Below are positions 19,301-27,954 of a stretch of 64,000 bases of DNA, one piece after another. Within the stretch, counting starts at the first letter, position 1; each line of letters begins with the position of its first letter. Where the stretch lies: NCBI GenBank assembly GCA_018897555.1, contig JAHIKK010000034.1, forward strand, positions 4,527 to 68,526, given 5' to 3'. The position numbers and the translations under genes are program-made. This DNA comes from Candidatus Omnitrophota bacterium (GTDB lineage Bacteria; Omnitrophota; Gorgyraeia; Gygaellales; Profunditerraquicolaceae). Below the pieces are notes generated by a model. That model saw only the letters and a list, made by a program, of their open reading frames with translations. It was not told where the DNA came from and ran no database searches.

Positions 19301-19565
19301 TGCGGAATCCATGGCTAGAAACGAACTGCCAGGATTTGTTAGCCGGGAAGAACTCTAAGATAGCGTGGTCTTTATCCTTGGTGCCGAAACTACAGATGCA
19401 TTGCCCGCGATTAACATAGAAAACCCACATGGGGATCCCGTATTTTCCGGCAATCCCCGGGAAGAAATTAGCAAAAGGCTTGGCGTAATTGTAGTTTTCA
19501 ATCACAAATTCGCCTTGTTTATTTAAATAATACTTGGTTTTTAATGGGTCGGTTTTTGTTTTCAT
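16323..19565 (-). CDS. Large glycoside phosphorylase, probably GH161 (beta-1,3-glucan phosphorylase-like)
   Basis: 1080 aa; FFPGIAG..GIPMWVFYVNRGQ, YSRKHGDLERDYN, SQGNGNYRD.NQNRR, GWLENESIWLHMEYKY and GFVARLSGSTAEF motifs, recalled as GH161-type. Confidence 0.72.
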   Translation of the reverse strand: MKTKTDPLKTKYYLNKQGEFVIENYNYAKPFANFFPGIAGKYGIPMWVFYVNRGQCICSFGTKDKDHAILEFFPANKSWQFVSSHGFRTFIKIKSGKSKSIYYEPFHNGYGNLKYQIINSLRISSAELILEEENRTLGIKTRIQYFNIPNDTYAGLSRTVTIENTGNKPKSLQLIDGLPQIVPFGVNNFFLKKLGRTIEAWMKIDNLKNSVPFYKLEVDPADRPEVVHIDAGNFYLGFHFKGEKTQLLKPIVDPQVVFGAVTDFSYPAEFLAKPKFLYPAEQITQSKTPSALLLMDLKLKPNQQKTFYAVIGQSRDSKTLNRSIKRISSVGYIQNKLRQNKELIEKLKNDILTKSSSAEFNLYAGQTYLDNIMRGGYPEVFSRPALKPSGEASEFTKIIFYLYSRKHGDLERDYNNFQLQPTYFSQGNGNYRDTNQNRRNDLWFNPQIQDENIIFFMNLIQADGFNPLVVKPESFLVRDNLDLEKLLQTVVKKNGLETLSPFLKKPFTPGELIFFIEENKIMLNGSIDNFLNLLLPCALRIQEAEHGEGFWTDHWAYNLDLIDSYLGLYPEKANELFFARKVFSFYDNAEIVKPRSEKYILHNGQARQLHSLSLDSNKKEMLRKRLINPHLLRTLHGEGQIHYTTLAAKLLCLAVNKLASLDASGVGIEMEANKPNWFDSLNGLPALFGSSTCETFELKRLLKMLKAALENSPIKDIELAEEIANFIEKLSSLFSEDAFSYWDKSNTLKENYRHNTLLGFSGALTNFPADKLISFLDAALKKVDCGLNKAFDKTQGLYNAYFINEVTEYDLLGEHNLKPKRFNQKPAPLFLEGQVHALRLTDDHQQSLALHKATKQSALFDKKLKMYKVTAPLNAMPEEIGRCRIFSPGWLENESIWLHMEYKYILELLKAGLTEEFYAEFKNVLIPFQNPQNYGRSILENSSFLVSSAFADKKLHGNGFVARLSGSTAEFVHIWLLMNTGLSPFSLNETGELNLTFKPSLAGWLFDKNGEYSFNFLSQIQVTYHNPKRKNTFGKNAASIKKIIIQDPDKPVEFNSSVIPSPYAQEIRSRQIKKIEIYLE

Positions 19566-19587
19566 TTGTATTAACTTAATTATTAGT

Positions 19588-19615
19588 ATTTTACATATTT
19601 TTCCATATTTGTCAA
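19588..19615 (-). promoter_or_regulatory. Putative sigma-70 promoter for the phosphorylase gene
   Basis: Minus strand TTGACA-N16-TAAAAT, about 22 bp upstream of the ATG. Confidence 0.55.
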
Positions 19616-19629
19616 CTTATAACGGATTT

Positions 19630-19697
19630 AAATCCAGGGACCGTTTCTATTTTTCCTGGTTAAATTATAAAGAAAAATAGAAACGGTCCCTGGATTT
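19630..19697. repeat. Palindromic element family A, copy 2
   Basis: 26-bp perfect arms AAATCCAGGGACCGTTTCTATTTTTC / GAAAAATAGAAACGGTCCCTGGATTT with a 16-nt loop. Confidence 0.92.
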
Positions 19698-19710
19698 TAG
19701 TTTAGCCCTG

Positions 19711-19739
19711 TTGACTTTTAAGAATAAAGATGTTAAAAT
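19711..19739 (+). promoter_or_regulatory. Putative sigma-70 promoter for gatCAB
   Basis: TTGACT-N17-TAAAAT with an extended -10 TG. Confidence 0.65.
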
Positions 19740-19760
19740 AAATAAAATTTTGGAGGGAAA

Positions 19761-20048
19761 ATGTCGATAGATAAAGAAACAATTAAGCATGTTGCGCATT
19801 TAGCGCGTATCGAATTGCAGCCTAATGAGTTAGATAAGCTGTCCGGAGAGCTGGATGAGATATTAGGCTTTATTGATAAGCTTAAGTATTTGAATCTGGA
19901 GCAAGTTAAGCCTGCCAGCCATATTTTACCCATAAATAATGTATTGCGGGAGGATGAGCCGCATGTTTCTTTGACCTCGGAAAAGGCTTTAGAAAATGCC
20001 CCGAGTAAACAGGGAAACTTCTTTAGTGTCCCCAAAATAATAGAATAA
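19761..20048 (+). CDS. gatC: Asp/Glu-tRNA amidotransferase subunit C
   Basis: [15 protein letters not shown] and NAP..FFSVPKI; precedes gatA and gatB. Confidence 0.95.
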   Translation: MSIDKETIKHVAHLARIELQPNELDKLSGELDEILGFIDKLKYLNLEQVKPASHILPINNVLREDEPHVSLTSEKALENAPSKQGNFFSVPKIIE

Positions 20049-20050
20049 TC

Positions 20051-21487
20051 ATGGAATTAAATCAACTTACTGCTCACGAATTATTGGAAAAGCTTAACCA
20101 CCAAGAGACGACTCCTGAAGCGATTTTGGATTCGCTCCAAGCGCGTATACGAAAGGTTGAGCCTCAGGTTAAGGCTTATGTCCGAGGGGAACAGGAGGCA
20201 GGAAATCTTACTCTGAATTCCTTTTCTTTAGGCCCGCTTAAAGGATTACCGGTTACGATTAAAGATAATATCTGTACCGAAGGGCTGCCTACTGAATGTT
20301 GTTCGAAAATCCTCCGGGGTTTTCGCCCGCCGTATGACGCCACAGTAATTAGTAAATTAAAAAAAAGCGGTGCCGCAATTTTCCCATTAAAAGCGAACAT
20401 GGATGAGTTTGCTTTTGGTTCATCTTGCGAAAATTCCTATTTTGGGCCAACGCATAATCCCTGGAGTTTAGATTGTGTTCCCGGAGGTTCCTCCGGAGGA
20501 AGCGCCGCTGCCGTAGCCAGTGATGAAGCAATTTGGGCTTTAGGAAGCGATACCGGAGGCTCAATACGCCAGCCGGCATCTTTTTGCGGGGTAGTAGGAT
20601 TAAAACCGACATATGGCCGGGTTTCGCGTTTTGGATTAATTGCTTTTGCTTCCAGCCTGGATCAGATTGGCCCGATTACCAAGGATGTCCAGGATGCGGC
20701 AATTTTAACCGGTTTGATCTGCGGTTATGACCCTCGTGATTCAACTTCCGTAAATCAGGATGTTCCGGATTACACAAAAAGCCTCTCTGGTGATATCAGG
20801 GGGTTAAAGATCGGTATACCCAAAGAATATTTTGTCGCGGGTCTGGATTCGGAAATCAAAACGATTATTCAGGAGGCGGTAAACAAACTCCAAAACTTAG
20901 GCGCAGTTATTCATCAGGTATCCTTGCCGCATACAGAGTACGCTGTGCCGGTTTACTACATTATCGCGACCGCCGAAGCCAGCTCAAATTTGGCCAGGTT
21001 TGATGGAGTGCAGTATGGATACCGGGCACAATCAGATAATCTGATGCAAATGTATAAGTTGACTCGCGCGCAAGGTTTTGGCCAGGAGGCCAAACGCAGA
21101 ATCATCTTAGGAACCTTTGTTCTATCGCATGGATATTATGACGCGTATTATTTACGCGCCCTAAAGGTGCGCACGCTGATTAAGCAGGATTTTGATCAAG
21201 TTTTTGGGGATTTTGATTGTATCGTTGCTCCCACCTCCCCCACCAGCGCCTTTAAAATTGGTGAAAAGGCACTTGACCCTTTGAAGATGTATCTTTCCGA
21301 TATCTATACGATATCCGTAAATTTAGCAGGAATTCCGGCGATATCTATTCCTTGCGGCTTTACCAAAAAAGGATTGCCCGTAGGCCTGCAGATTATGGCC
21401 AAACCCTTTAATGAAGAGATGCTTTTTAGGGTAGCGCATACTTTTGAACAGAATACAGATTGGCATAAAATTAAACCCCGGCTATGA
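20051..21487 (+). CDS. gatA: Asp/Glu-tRNA amidotransferase subunit A
   Basis: Amidase signature [12 protein letters not shown]; [12 protein letters not shown]; EAKRRIILG. Confidence 0.97.
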   Translation: MELNQLTAHELLEKLNHQETTPEAILDSLQARIRKVEPQVKAYVRGEQEAGNLTLNSFSLGPLKGLPVTIKDNICTEGLPTECCSKILRGFRPPYDATVISKLKKSGAAIFPLKANMDEFAFGSSCENSYFGPTHNPWSLDCVPGGSSGGSAAAVASDEAIWALGSDTGGSIRQPASFCGVVGLKPTYGRVSRFGLIAFASSLDQIGPITKDVQDAAILTGLICGYDPRDSTSVNQDVPDYTKSLSGDIRGLKIGIPKEYFVAGLDSEIKTIIQEAVNKLQNLGAVIHQVSLPHTEYAVPVYYIIATAEASSNLARFDGVQYGYRAQSDNLMQMYKLTRAQGFGQEAKRRIILGTFVLSHGYYDAYYLRALKVRTLIKQDFDQVFGDFDCIVAPTSPTSAFKIGEKALDPLKMYLSDIYTISVNLAGIPAISIPCGFTKKGLPVGLQIMAKPFNEEMLFRVAHTFEQNTDWHKIKPRL

Positions 21488-22917
21488 AATATCAAACCGT
21501 TATCGGCTTAGAAGTTCATCTGCAGCTAAATACCAAAACCAAGGCTTTTTGTGGCTGCTCTACGGATTTTGGGAAAGCCCCTAATTCCAACGTCTGCCCG
21601 GTATGCTTGGGATTTCCCGGAGCGCTTCCGGTTTATAATCACCAGGCGTTGAATTCCGCCATTAAGTTAGCCCTGGCTTTTGGCTGTCAGATTCAAGAGC
21701 ATACTAAATTTGACCGGAAGAATTATTTCTACCCGGATTTACCAAAAAATTACCAGATTTCACAATTTGATCTGCCCTTATCCCGGAACGGATATTTGGA
21801 TATCTATAGTCAGGATAAACCTAAGCGCATCGGGATTACCCGGGTACACTTAGAAGAAGATGCCGGTAAGCTCATCCATGAAACAGGGGTAAGCCTGGTG
21901 GATTTTAATCGCACCGGGATCCCCCTGCTTGAAATCGTCAGTGAGCCGGATTTATTCAGCCCGCAAGAAGCTTTCGATTACCTGACGAGTTTAAAAAGTA
22001 TTATCGAATATCTGGATGTGTCAGATTGCGATATGGAAAAAGGTTCTTTGCGCTGCGATGCTAATATTTCTTTACGGCTAGAAGGGGCTAAAGAACTGGG
22101 TGTGAAAACCGAACTAAAGAATATGAATTCTTTTAAAGGGGTAAAAGATGCCTTAACCTTTGAGGTAGAGCGCCAAACCCTGCTTTTGGAAGCAAACCAG
22201 AAGTTGGTTCAGGAAACCCGGCTTTGGGATGTGGAAAAGGGGGTTACTGTAGCCATGCGTACCAAGGAGGGGGCAAAAGATTACCGGTATTTTCCGGATC
22301 CGGATTTAACTGTCTTTATTATTGATGCGTCTATAATTTCTCAGATTAAGGCGCAGTTACCGGAACTGCCCCCGGAAAAAATGCGCCGTTTCGTTAAAGA
22401 ATACGGATTAACTGAATACGATGCCAAGATTTTAGTGAGCTCTAAAAATGATGCGGAGTTTTCCGAAAGCTGTATCCGGGATTACCCGGGAAAAGACAAA
22501 AAGGAATTGGTCAATTGGTTAATTGGCCCGTTATTGTCTGAAGCTAACTTTAGGAAAATAAAATTACATGAGTTAAATCTTAATAAGAATGAATTAATCA
22601 GTTTAATTGGTTTTGTGGAAAGGCAGGATATCTCTCATCTTTCGGCCAAGAGCGTATTAAGCCAATTGCTGGATACCGGGAAATCCGCGCGGGATTTGAT
22701 TGAGGAAGGTAATCTTAAGCAGATATCTAACGCGGAAGCGCTCCTGGAGGTAATGGAAACGGTTATTCAGGAAAATGCGAAATCAGTGAGTGATTTTAAG
22801 GCGGGAAAGACTAACGCGTTGATGTATTTGGTCGGACAGGTAATGAAGAAAAGTTCCGGCAAGGCTAACCCTAAGGTAGTCGGAGAATTAATAAGACGGA
22901 GGCTTACGGATGCGTAA
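21484..22917 (+). CDS. gatB: Asp/Glu-tRNA amidotransferase subunit B
   Basis: [22 protein letters not shown] and HLEEDAGK motifs. Confidence 0.97.
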   Translation: MKYQTVIGLEVHLQLNTKTKAFCGCSTDFGKAPNSNVCPVCLGFPGALPVYNHQALNSAIKLALAFGCQIQEHTKFDRKNYFYPDLPKNYQISQFDLPLSRNGYLDIYSQDKPKRIGITRVHLEEDAGKLIHETGVSLVDFNRTGIPLLEIVSEPDLFSPQEAFDYLTSLKSIIEYLDVSDCDMEKGSLRCDANISLRLEGAKELGVKTELKNMNSFKGVKDALTFEVERQTLLLEANQKLVQETRLWDVEKGVTVAMRTKEGAKDYRYFPDPDLTVFIIDASIISQIKAQLPELPPEKMRRFVKEYGLTEYDAKILVSSKNDAEFSESCIRDYPGKDKKELVNWLIGPLLSEANFRKIKLHELNLNKNELISLIGFVERQDISHLSAKSVLSQLLDTGKSARDLIEEGNLKQISNAEALLEVMETVIQENAKSVSDFKAGKTNALMYLVGQVMKKSSGKANPKVVGELIRRRLTDA

Positions 22918-24184
22918 AAAAATATTTTTTGTTTCTTTGTTAATCGCGCTGGTATTTATCAGCGTCAGGCTGGGTTTTTCCGATAATAAAAGGAAGAATA
23001 ATGATGCGTTATATAAACAGGTTGAATTATTCTCCAATACCCTGGCAATTATTCAAAAAGAATATGTTGATGACACAAAAACTAAAGATTTAATCTATGG
23101 GGCATTAAAAGGCATGTTGGTCTCTTTAGACCCACATAGCCAATTCATGGATCCGGAGACCTACGAGGAATTAAAAGTAGATACCCAGGGTAAATTCGGC
23201 GGCCTGGGTATTGAGATCACCATAAAAGATGGTTTGTTAACCGTAATTACGCCGATTGAAGATACTCCTGCCTGGAAAGCCGGGATAAAAGCTAATGACC
23301 ATATTGTAAAAATTAATGATGCTCTTACCCGTGAGATCTCCCTTACGGATGCGGTTAAAAAAATGCGCGGGAAGCCCGGTGAAGCCGTTAACCTTACCAT
23401 CTTAAGGGATTCTGAAAAAAAACTATTAGATTTTAAAATCACCAGAGGTATGATTAAGATTACAGATATAAAATATGCGCGTATCCTGGAAGAGGGGATT
23501 GGTTATATCCGGCTAAGTGAATTCCGTGAAAATACCTTCCCGGAATTAAATAAGGCCTTGGGTATCCTTACCAAACAGGGAATGCAGGCATTGATTATTG
23601 ATTTGCGCAATAATCCCGGCGGGCTTCTGGATGTTGCGGTTAAAGTGACCGGAAAGTTTCTGGGGCCGAATAAACTGGTTGCCTATACCAAAAGCAGGCA
23701 GAAGGCTCAAGAGCTGGAATTTTTTTCCGAGGCTAAAAATACAAGCTTAGAGTTACCGCTGGTGATTTTGATTAACGAAGGCTCGGCTTCCGGAAGCGAG
23801 ATTGTTGCCGGAGCCCTGCAGGATTATAAGCGGGCAATCATTATCGGGAAAAAGTCTTTTGGTAAAGGCTCCGTACAGACAGTTATTCCCCTGGCTGATG
23901 GTTCAGCCTTACGTTTAACTACGAGTCATTATTTTACTCCCTCCGGAAAAATAATCCAGGACAAGGGGATTACTCCGGATATCCTGGTAGAAGAAAAGAA
24001 AGTTCCGGATAACAAAATTGATGCGGTGGCTGATAAAAAGGCTGACGAGATATTTGATGAAATCCAGAATGGCCAGCAAACAAATAAACCGGCCAAAGAT
24101 GCTTTTAATTATAAGGCTGATCCGCAGCTGATGCGCGCTGTAGACGCTTTAAAAGTAATCCGGATTTATAAACAGGTCAAGTAA
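22910..24184 (+). CDS. ctpA: Carboxyl-terminal processing protease (S41A, with PDZ)
   Basis: LDPHS, FGGLGIEI, DLRNNPGGLL, SASGSEIVAGALQD and SFGKGSVQ motifs. Confidence 0.93.
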   Translation: MRKKIFFVSLLIALVFISVRLGFSDNKRKNNDALYKQVELFSNTLAIIQKEYVDDTKTKDLIYGALKGMLVSLDPHSQFMDPETYEELKVDTQGKFGGLGIEITIKDGLLTVITPIEDTPAWKAGIKANDHIVKINDALTREISLTDAVKKMRGKPGEAVNLTILRDSEKKLLDFKITRGMIKITDIKYARILEEGIGYIRLSEFRENTFPELNKALGILTKQGMQALIIDLRNNPGGLLDVAVKVTGKFLGPNKLVAYTKSRQKAQELEFFSEAKNTSLELPLVILINEGSASGSEIVAGALQDYKRAIIIGKKSFGKGSVQTVIPLADGSALRLTTSHYFTPSGKIIQDKGITPDILVEEKKVPDNKIDAVADKKADEIFDEIQNGQQTNKPAKDAFNYKADPQLMRAVDALKVIRIYKQVK

Positions 24185-24212
24185 TTTAAGCGCCAATTAA
24201 TATTATCAGCGA

Positions 24213-24983
24213 ATGAAAAACAAAACCTTTAAAGTTGCCTGGATTATATTACTTTTGTTTGTATTTATCGCGCTCATTTTGAGCCCGCTTCATAAAAAAG
24301 CCGCGCTTAGGAAAGCACCAAAGCGGCCCGGCCGGATTGCTATTGTCATTGATGATTGGGGATATAGCTTGAACAATCTTTGGATTATCGAGCAAATAAA
24401 ACAACCTTTAACCTGCGCGATTTTACCCGGTTTAAAAAATTCAAATCCGGTTATGCAAAAATTAAATAGTTTAGGTTTTGAAATAATTTTACATTTACCC
24501 ATGGAGCCAAAAGAAAAGTATCGTTTAGAGAACAATACGATTACCCTGGGGATGAATGCCGGAGAAATCGAAAATATTTTTGAGAAAGATTTATCCAGCA
24601 TTGCTTTGGCCAAGGGTATATCCAATCATATGGGGTCGCGGATCACTGAAGATAAAAAAGCCAGCGCCATGGTCATGGCCGAAGCAAAAAAACGTAAGCT
24701 ATACTTTTTCGATAGTTTTGTAACGAACAAATCCGTTTGCCCGGCTTTGGCTAAACAAATAAAGATCCGGTTTGCTAAAAGGGATGTTTTTTTGGATAAT
24801 CAGAATGATTTTGAATATATCAAAAGACAGCTGATAAAATTAAAGCATTTAGCCGGAAGGCAAGGCAGGGCCATTGGTATCGGCCATGACCGTCAAAACA
24901 CCCTGCTGGTATTAAAGGAGATGCTTCCGTTACTGGAAAGGGAAGGTTATAAATTTGTTTTTCTTTCGCAGGTGGTAGAATGA
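24213..24983 (+). CDS. Divergent polysaccharide deacetylase family protein (YibQ-like)
   Basis: IAIVIDDWG, LHLPMEP, NHMGS, RDVFLDN and IGIGH; follows ctpA as usual. Confidence 0.9.
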   Translation: MKNKTFKVAWIILLLFVFIALILSPLHKKAALRKAPKRPGRIAIVIDDWGYSLNNLWIIEQIKQPLTCAILPGLKNSNPVMQKLNSLGFEIILHLPMEPKEKYRLENNTITLGMNAGEIENIFEKDLSSIALAKGISNHMGSRITEDKKASAMVMAEAKKRKLYFFDSFVTNKSVCPALAKQIKIRFAKRDVFLDNQNDFEYIKRQLIKLKHLAGRQGRAIGIGHDRQNTLLVLKEMLPLLEREGYKFVFLSQVVE

Positions 24984-25945
24984 TTGTTTTAGGAATTGAG
25001 AGCTCTTGCGATGAAACCGGGGTGGCTGTGGTTAAGAATGAAAGAAAAATTTTAGCGAATGTCATTGCCTCTAGCCTAAAATTACATAGCCGCCATGGCG
25101 GGGTGGTTCCGGAGATTGCCTCGCGTATGCAGTTGGAAAGTATCGCCGGCATATTTACTGAGGCAATGCAGATCGCTAAAATTAAGCCTGCGCAGATTGA
25201 CCTGGTTGCGGTTACCACTCATCCGGGTTTACCCGGGTCACTGATAACGGGGATCGCATTTGCCAAAGCACTGGCTTTAAGCTTAGGCAAGCCGATACTG
25301 GGGGTTAATCATATTCATAGCCATATTTATGCCAATCTTCTTTACCCTGAGAAGATTAAATTGCCGGCTGTAGCTTTAGTAGTTTCCGGTGGACATACCT
25401 CTCTTTTTTATCTAAAGGATTTTTCTAAAATCCAGGTATTGGGGCAAACCCGCGATGACGCCTGCGGTGAGGCTTTTGATAAGGTAGCCAAGATTATGGG
25501 GTTGGGTTATCCCGGAGGGCCGTTAATTGAAAAAATAGCTCGAGGTGGAAATGAGCATAAAATTAAGTTTGCTTGTTGGGGAAATACTGAGCTGGATTTT
25601 AGTTTCAGTGGTATAAAAACCGCGGTTTTATATTATTTAAAGGATAAAAAACCCGGCAGTAAATTGCTCAAAGACCTGGCTGCTTCTTTTCAAGAGAGTG
25701 CCGTCAATGTTTTAGTAAAAAAATCCCTGCTTGCCTGTAAACGAAAAAAGGTTAAGCATCTTTTAATCGGCGGCGGGGTGGCGGCCAACGGAGTTTTGCG
25801 TCAAAAATTAATGGCAAGCGCTAAAGCTGCAGGAATTAACTGTTTTTTTCCGAATATTGATCTGTGCATGGATAATGCGGCGATGGTTGCCGGCCTGGGA
25901 GGTTATCTTTATAAGCGCGGCGCAAGGAACGATTTTAAAAACTAG
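24980..25945 (+). CDS. tsaD: tRNA N6-threonylcarbamoyltransferase TsaD
   Basis: GIESSCDET, GGVVPEIASR, VSGGHT, DDACGEAFDK and DNAAMVA motifs. Confidence 0.96.
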   Translation: MIVLGIESSCDETGVAVVKNERKILANVIASSLKLHSRHGGVVPEIASRMQLESIAGIFTEAMQIAKIKPAQIDLVAVTTHPGLPGSLITGIAFAKALALSLGKPILGVNHIHSHIYANLLYPEKIKLPAVALVVSGGHTSLFYLKDFSKIQVLGQTRDDACGEAFDKVAKIMGLGYPGGPLIEKIARGGNEHKIKFACWGNTELDFSFSGIKTAVLYYLKDKKPGSKLLKDLAASFQESAVNVLVKKSLLACKRKKVKHLLIGGGVAANGVLRQKLMASAKAAGINCFFPNIDLCMDNAAMVAGLGGYLYKRGARNDFKN

Positions 25946-25989
25946 GGACCGTTTCTATTTTTCTTTTTAGAAAAATAGAAACGGTCCCT
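25944..25989. repeat. Palindromic element family A, copy 3
   Basis: 21-bp arms identical to copy 1 with a 4-nt loop; 25935-25966 is identical to 16257-16288; overlaps the tsaD stop codon. Confidence 0.92.
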
Positions 25990-26009
25990 GATTCAAAAAA
26001 GGAGAATGT

Positions 26010-26456
26010 ATGCCTACGGACGGACAAATGATTGTACGTTTATTATTAACTTTGGTTTTAAGCGGTTTAATCGGCCTGGAAAGGCAGGTGCACCGCAGAG
26101 ATGCCGGCCTGCGCACGCATATATTAGTCGCTTTAGGTAGCTGCCTTATCATGTTGACATCTCTGTATGTTTTTGATATATATAAAGCTCAGGTGGCCTT
26201 AGACCCCGTACGTATTGCTGCGGGAGTAGTTACCGGTATTGGTTTTCTTGGCGCCGGTACAATCATCCGTGAATCCGATGGAGTTAAGGGCTTGACCACG
26301 GCGGCTAGCCTATGGGTGGTTGCGGGTATTGGTTTAGCGGTGGGGGTGGGTTTTAATAAAATCGCACTTTATACCACAATTTTGGTTTTAATTGTTTTAC
26401 ATTTTTTACGCTTTGTAGAAGTGCCACTTTCAAAGGAGGGTAAACATGGCCTTTAA
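26010..26456 (+). CDS. MgtC/SapB family membrane protein (no C-terminal ACT domain)
   Basis: IGLERQ, AGLRTH, RIAAGVVTGIGFLGAG and GLTTAASLW motifs. Confidence 0.93.
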   Translation: MPTDGQMIVRLLLTLVLSGLIGLERQVHRRDAGLRTHILVALGSCLIMLTSLYVFDIYKAQVALDPVRIAAGVVTGIGFLGAGTIIRESDGVKGLTTAASLWVVAGIGLAVGVGFNKIALYTTILVLIVLHFLRFVEVPLSKEGKHGL

Positions 26457-26949
26457 AAAGAACCTGGAGGAAAAAACGCTGGATGTCGATGCCGCAATGC
26501 AAGGGACCTTAAGCTTTAAGGATCCGGTTAATCTGCGGATTAACGGAAAATTTGAAGGCCATCTGGATACCCGGGGAAATTTGACTATCGGCACTTCGGC
26601 GGTAATCAACGCGGATATCGTGGGAGATAATATTATTATTGGCGGCCGGGTTACGGGCAAGATTACGGCTAAAGAAAGGCTTACCTTGCTTCCGCAGGCG
26701 ATAGTAGAAGGGCATATCTATCCGGCAAAACTTAATATTACCGAAGGCGCGGTTTTCCAGGGACAGTGCACAATGCTGCATGATTTTCTTAATTCGGAAC
26801 AACTGGCTAAATACCTGGAGGTAGAATTAGGCTCGGTCATGGAATGGGCTAATTCCGGAAAAGTGCCGGCAAGTAAAGAAAATAACGACTGGAAATTTGA
26901 ACGTAAAGCCATAGATTCCTGGGTAGCAACAGGCAAAATCGCAAAATAA
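26446..26949 (+). CDS. Bactofilin (polymer-forming cytoskeletal) domain fused to an excisionase-like HTH
   Basis: Residues ~10-110 show beta-helix repeats (LRINGKFEG, IGTSAVINADI, IIIGGRVTGKI, EGAVFQGQC); C-terminal FLNSEQLAKYL..VMEWANSGKVPA....WKFERKAIDSW is HTH_17/Xis-like. Confidence 0.82.
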   Translation: MAFKKNLEEKTLDVDAAMQGTLSFKDPVNLRINGKFEGHLDTRGNLTIGTSAVINADIVGDNIIIGGRVTGKITAKERLTLLPQAIVEGHIYPAKLNITEGAVFQGQCTMLHDFLNSEQLAKYLEVELGSVMEWANSGKVPASKENNDWKFERKAIDSWVATGKIAK

Positions 26950-26964
26950 AGTTTTGTTAAAAAA

Positions 26965-27276
26965 ATGACTGAAGAAAAAATGCTTACTGTTAGAGATGTA
27001 GCCACTATGTTAGGAGTCTCAGAAAAAGATGTTTTGGATCTGACTGAGAATGGGACGATTCCGGGTTATAAGGTAGGAGGCGTATATCTAAGATTTAAGA
27101 AGGAGCAGGTTGAACAATATAAGAAGAATCAAAGTCATCTGGCGCCTAAGGCGGCTAAAGGAGAATCCGAAGGCTTAGGCAGCAGGATCCATGACTTCTT
27201 TTATTTCAATGATTTTTATATCTTTGCCCTGATCCTCATCGTCCTTTTAGGATATCTGGTTTACCGGGGCCTTTAG
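26965..27276 (+). CDS. Excisionase-like HTH protein with C-terminal transmembrane helix
   Basis: [28 protein letters not shown] (HTH_17); hydrophobic tail [17 protein letters not shown]. Confidence 0.82.
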   Translation: MTEEKMLTVRDVATMLGVSEKDVLDLTENGTIPGYKVGGVYLRFKKEQVEQYKKNQSHLAPKAAKGESEGLGSRIHDFFYFNDFYIFALILIVLLGYLVYRGL

Positions 27277-27280
27277 AGCG

Positions 27281-27952
27281 ATGACTGCGGGTAAGGGGTT
27301 TTGTGATTTAGGGTTTGCCAAAATTGATACCGCCAGAAAGAAACGAAAAGGATTCGCGGAAGTTATTTATTGCCCGGGAAAAAATCGCCTGCACTTAAAG
27401 GAAATTGCTAAAAAAATAATTGCTTCCCGGGAAGACCTGCTTTTAACCAAACTGGATAAAACTACATTCTCCTTCTTAAAGAAAAAAATCCCTGTTTTAA
27501 AATATAATCCTTTGGCAAAAATCGGTTATTATTTAACCAAACCCAAAACCCTCTCTAAAGGTTTAGTGCTGGTGGTTTCTGCCGGAACAGCGGATATTCC
27601 GATAGCTGAAGAAGCGGTGCAAACCCTGCTGGTTATGGGTAATCGGGTCGAGAGGCTCTATGATGTAGGCGTAGCCGGAGTGCACCGCCTGATGAATAAT
27701 ATTGATAAATTAAGAAAGGCGCAAGTCATTGTGGTAGTGGCAGGCATGGAAGGAGCTTTAGCCAGTTTAGTCAGCGGATTAGTCAAGGCGCCGATTGTGG
27801 CTGTACCGACTAGCTGTGGATATGGATCCAGCTTTTCCGGGCTGGCCGCGCTGCTCACCATGCTCAATGGCTGCTCGCCGGGAGTAAGCGTAGTAAATAT
27901 TGATAACGGATTTGGGGCAGGTTATTTTGCCAGCTTAATCAACAGGAAATAA
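27281..27952 (+). CDS. larB: Nickel-pincer cofactor biosynthesis protein LarB (PurE-like)
   Basis: [49 protein letters not shown] and [10 protein letters not shown] motifs. Confidence 0.92.
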   Translation: MTAGKGFCDLGFAKIDTARKKRKGFAEVIYCPGKNRLHLKEIAKKIIASREDLLLTKLDKTTFSFLKKKIPVLKYNPLAKIGYYLTKPKTLSKGLVLVVSAGTADIPIAEEAVQTLLVMGNRVERLYDVGVAGVHRLMNNIDKLRKAQVIVVVAGMEGALASLVSGLVKAPIVAVPTSCGYGSSFSGLAALLTMLNGCSPGVSVVNIDNGFGAGYFASLINRK

Positions 27953-27954
27953 TT

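Noticed and set aside
26785-27276. Excisionase-like HTHs as prophage or ICE remnants
   Set aside because: No integrase, att site or phage gene is nearby; both domains are fused to cellular modules inside a tightly packed gene run
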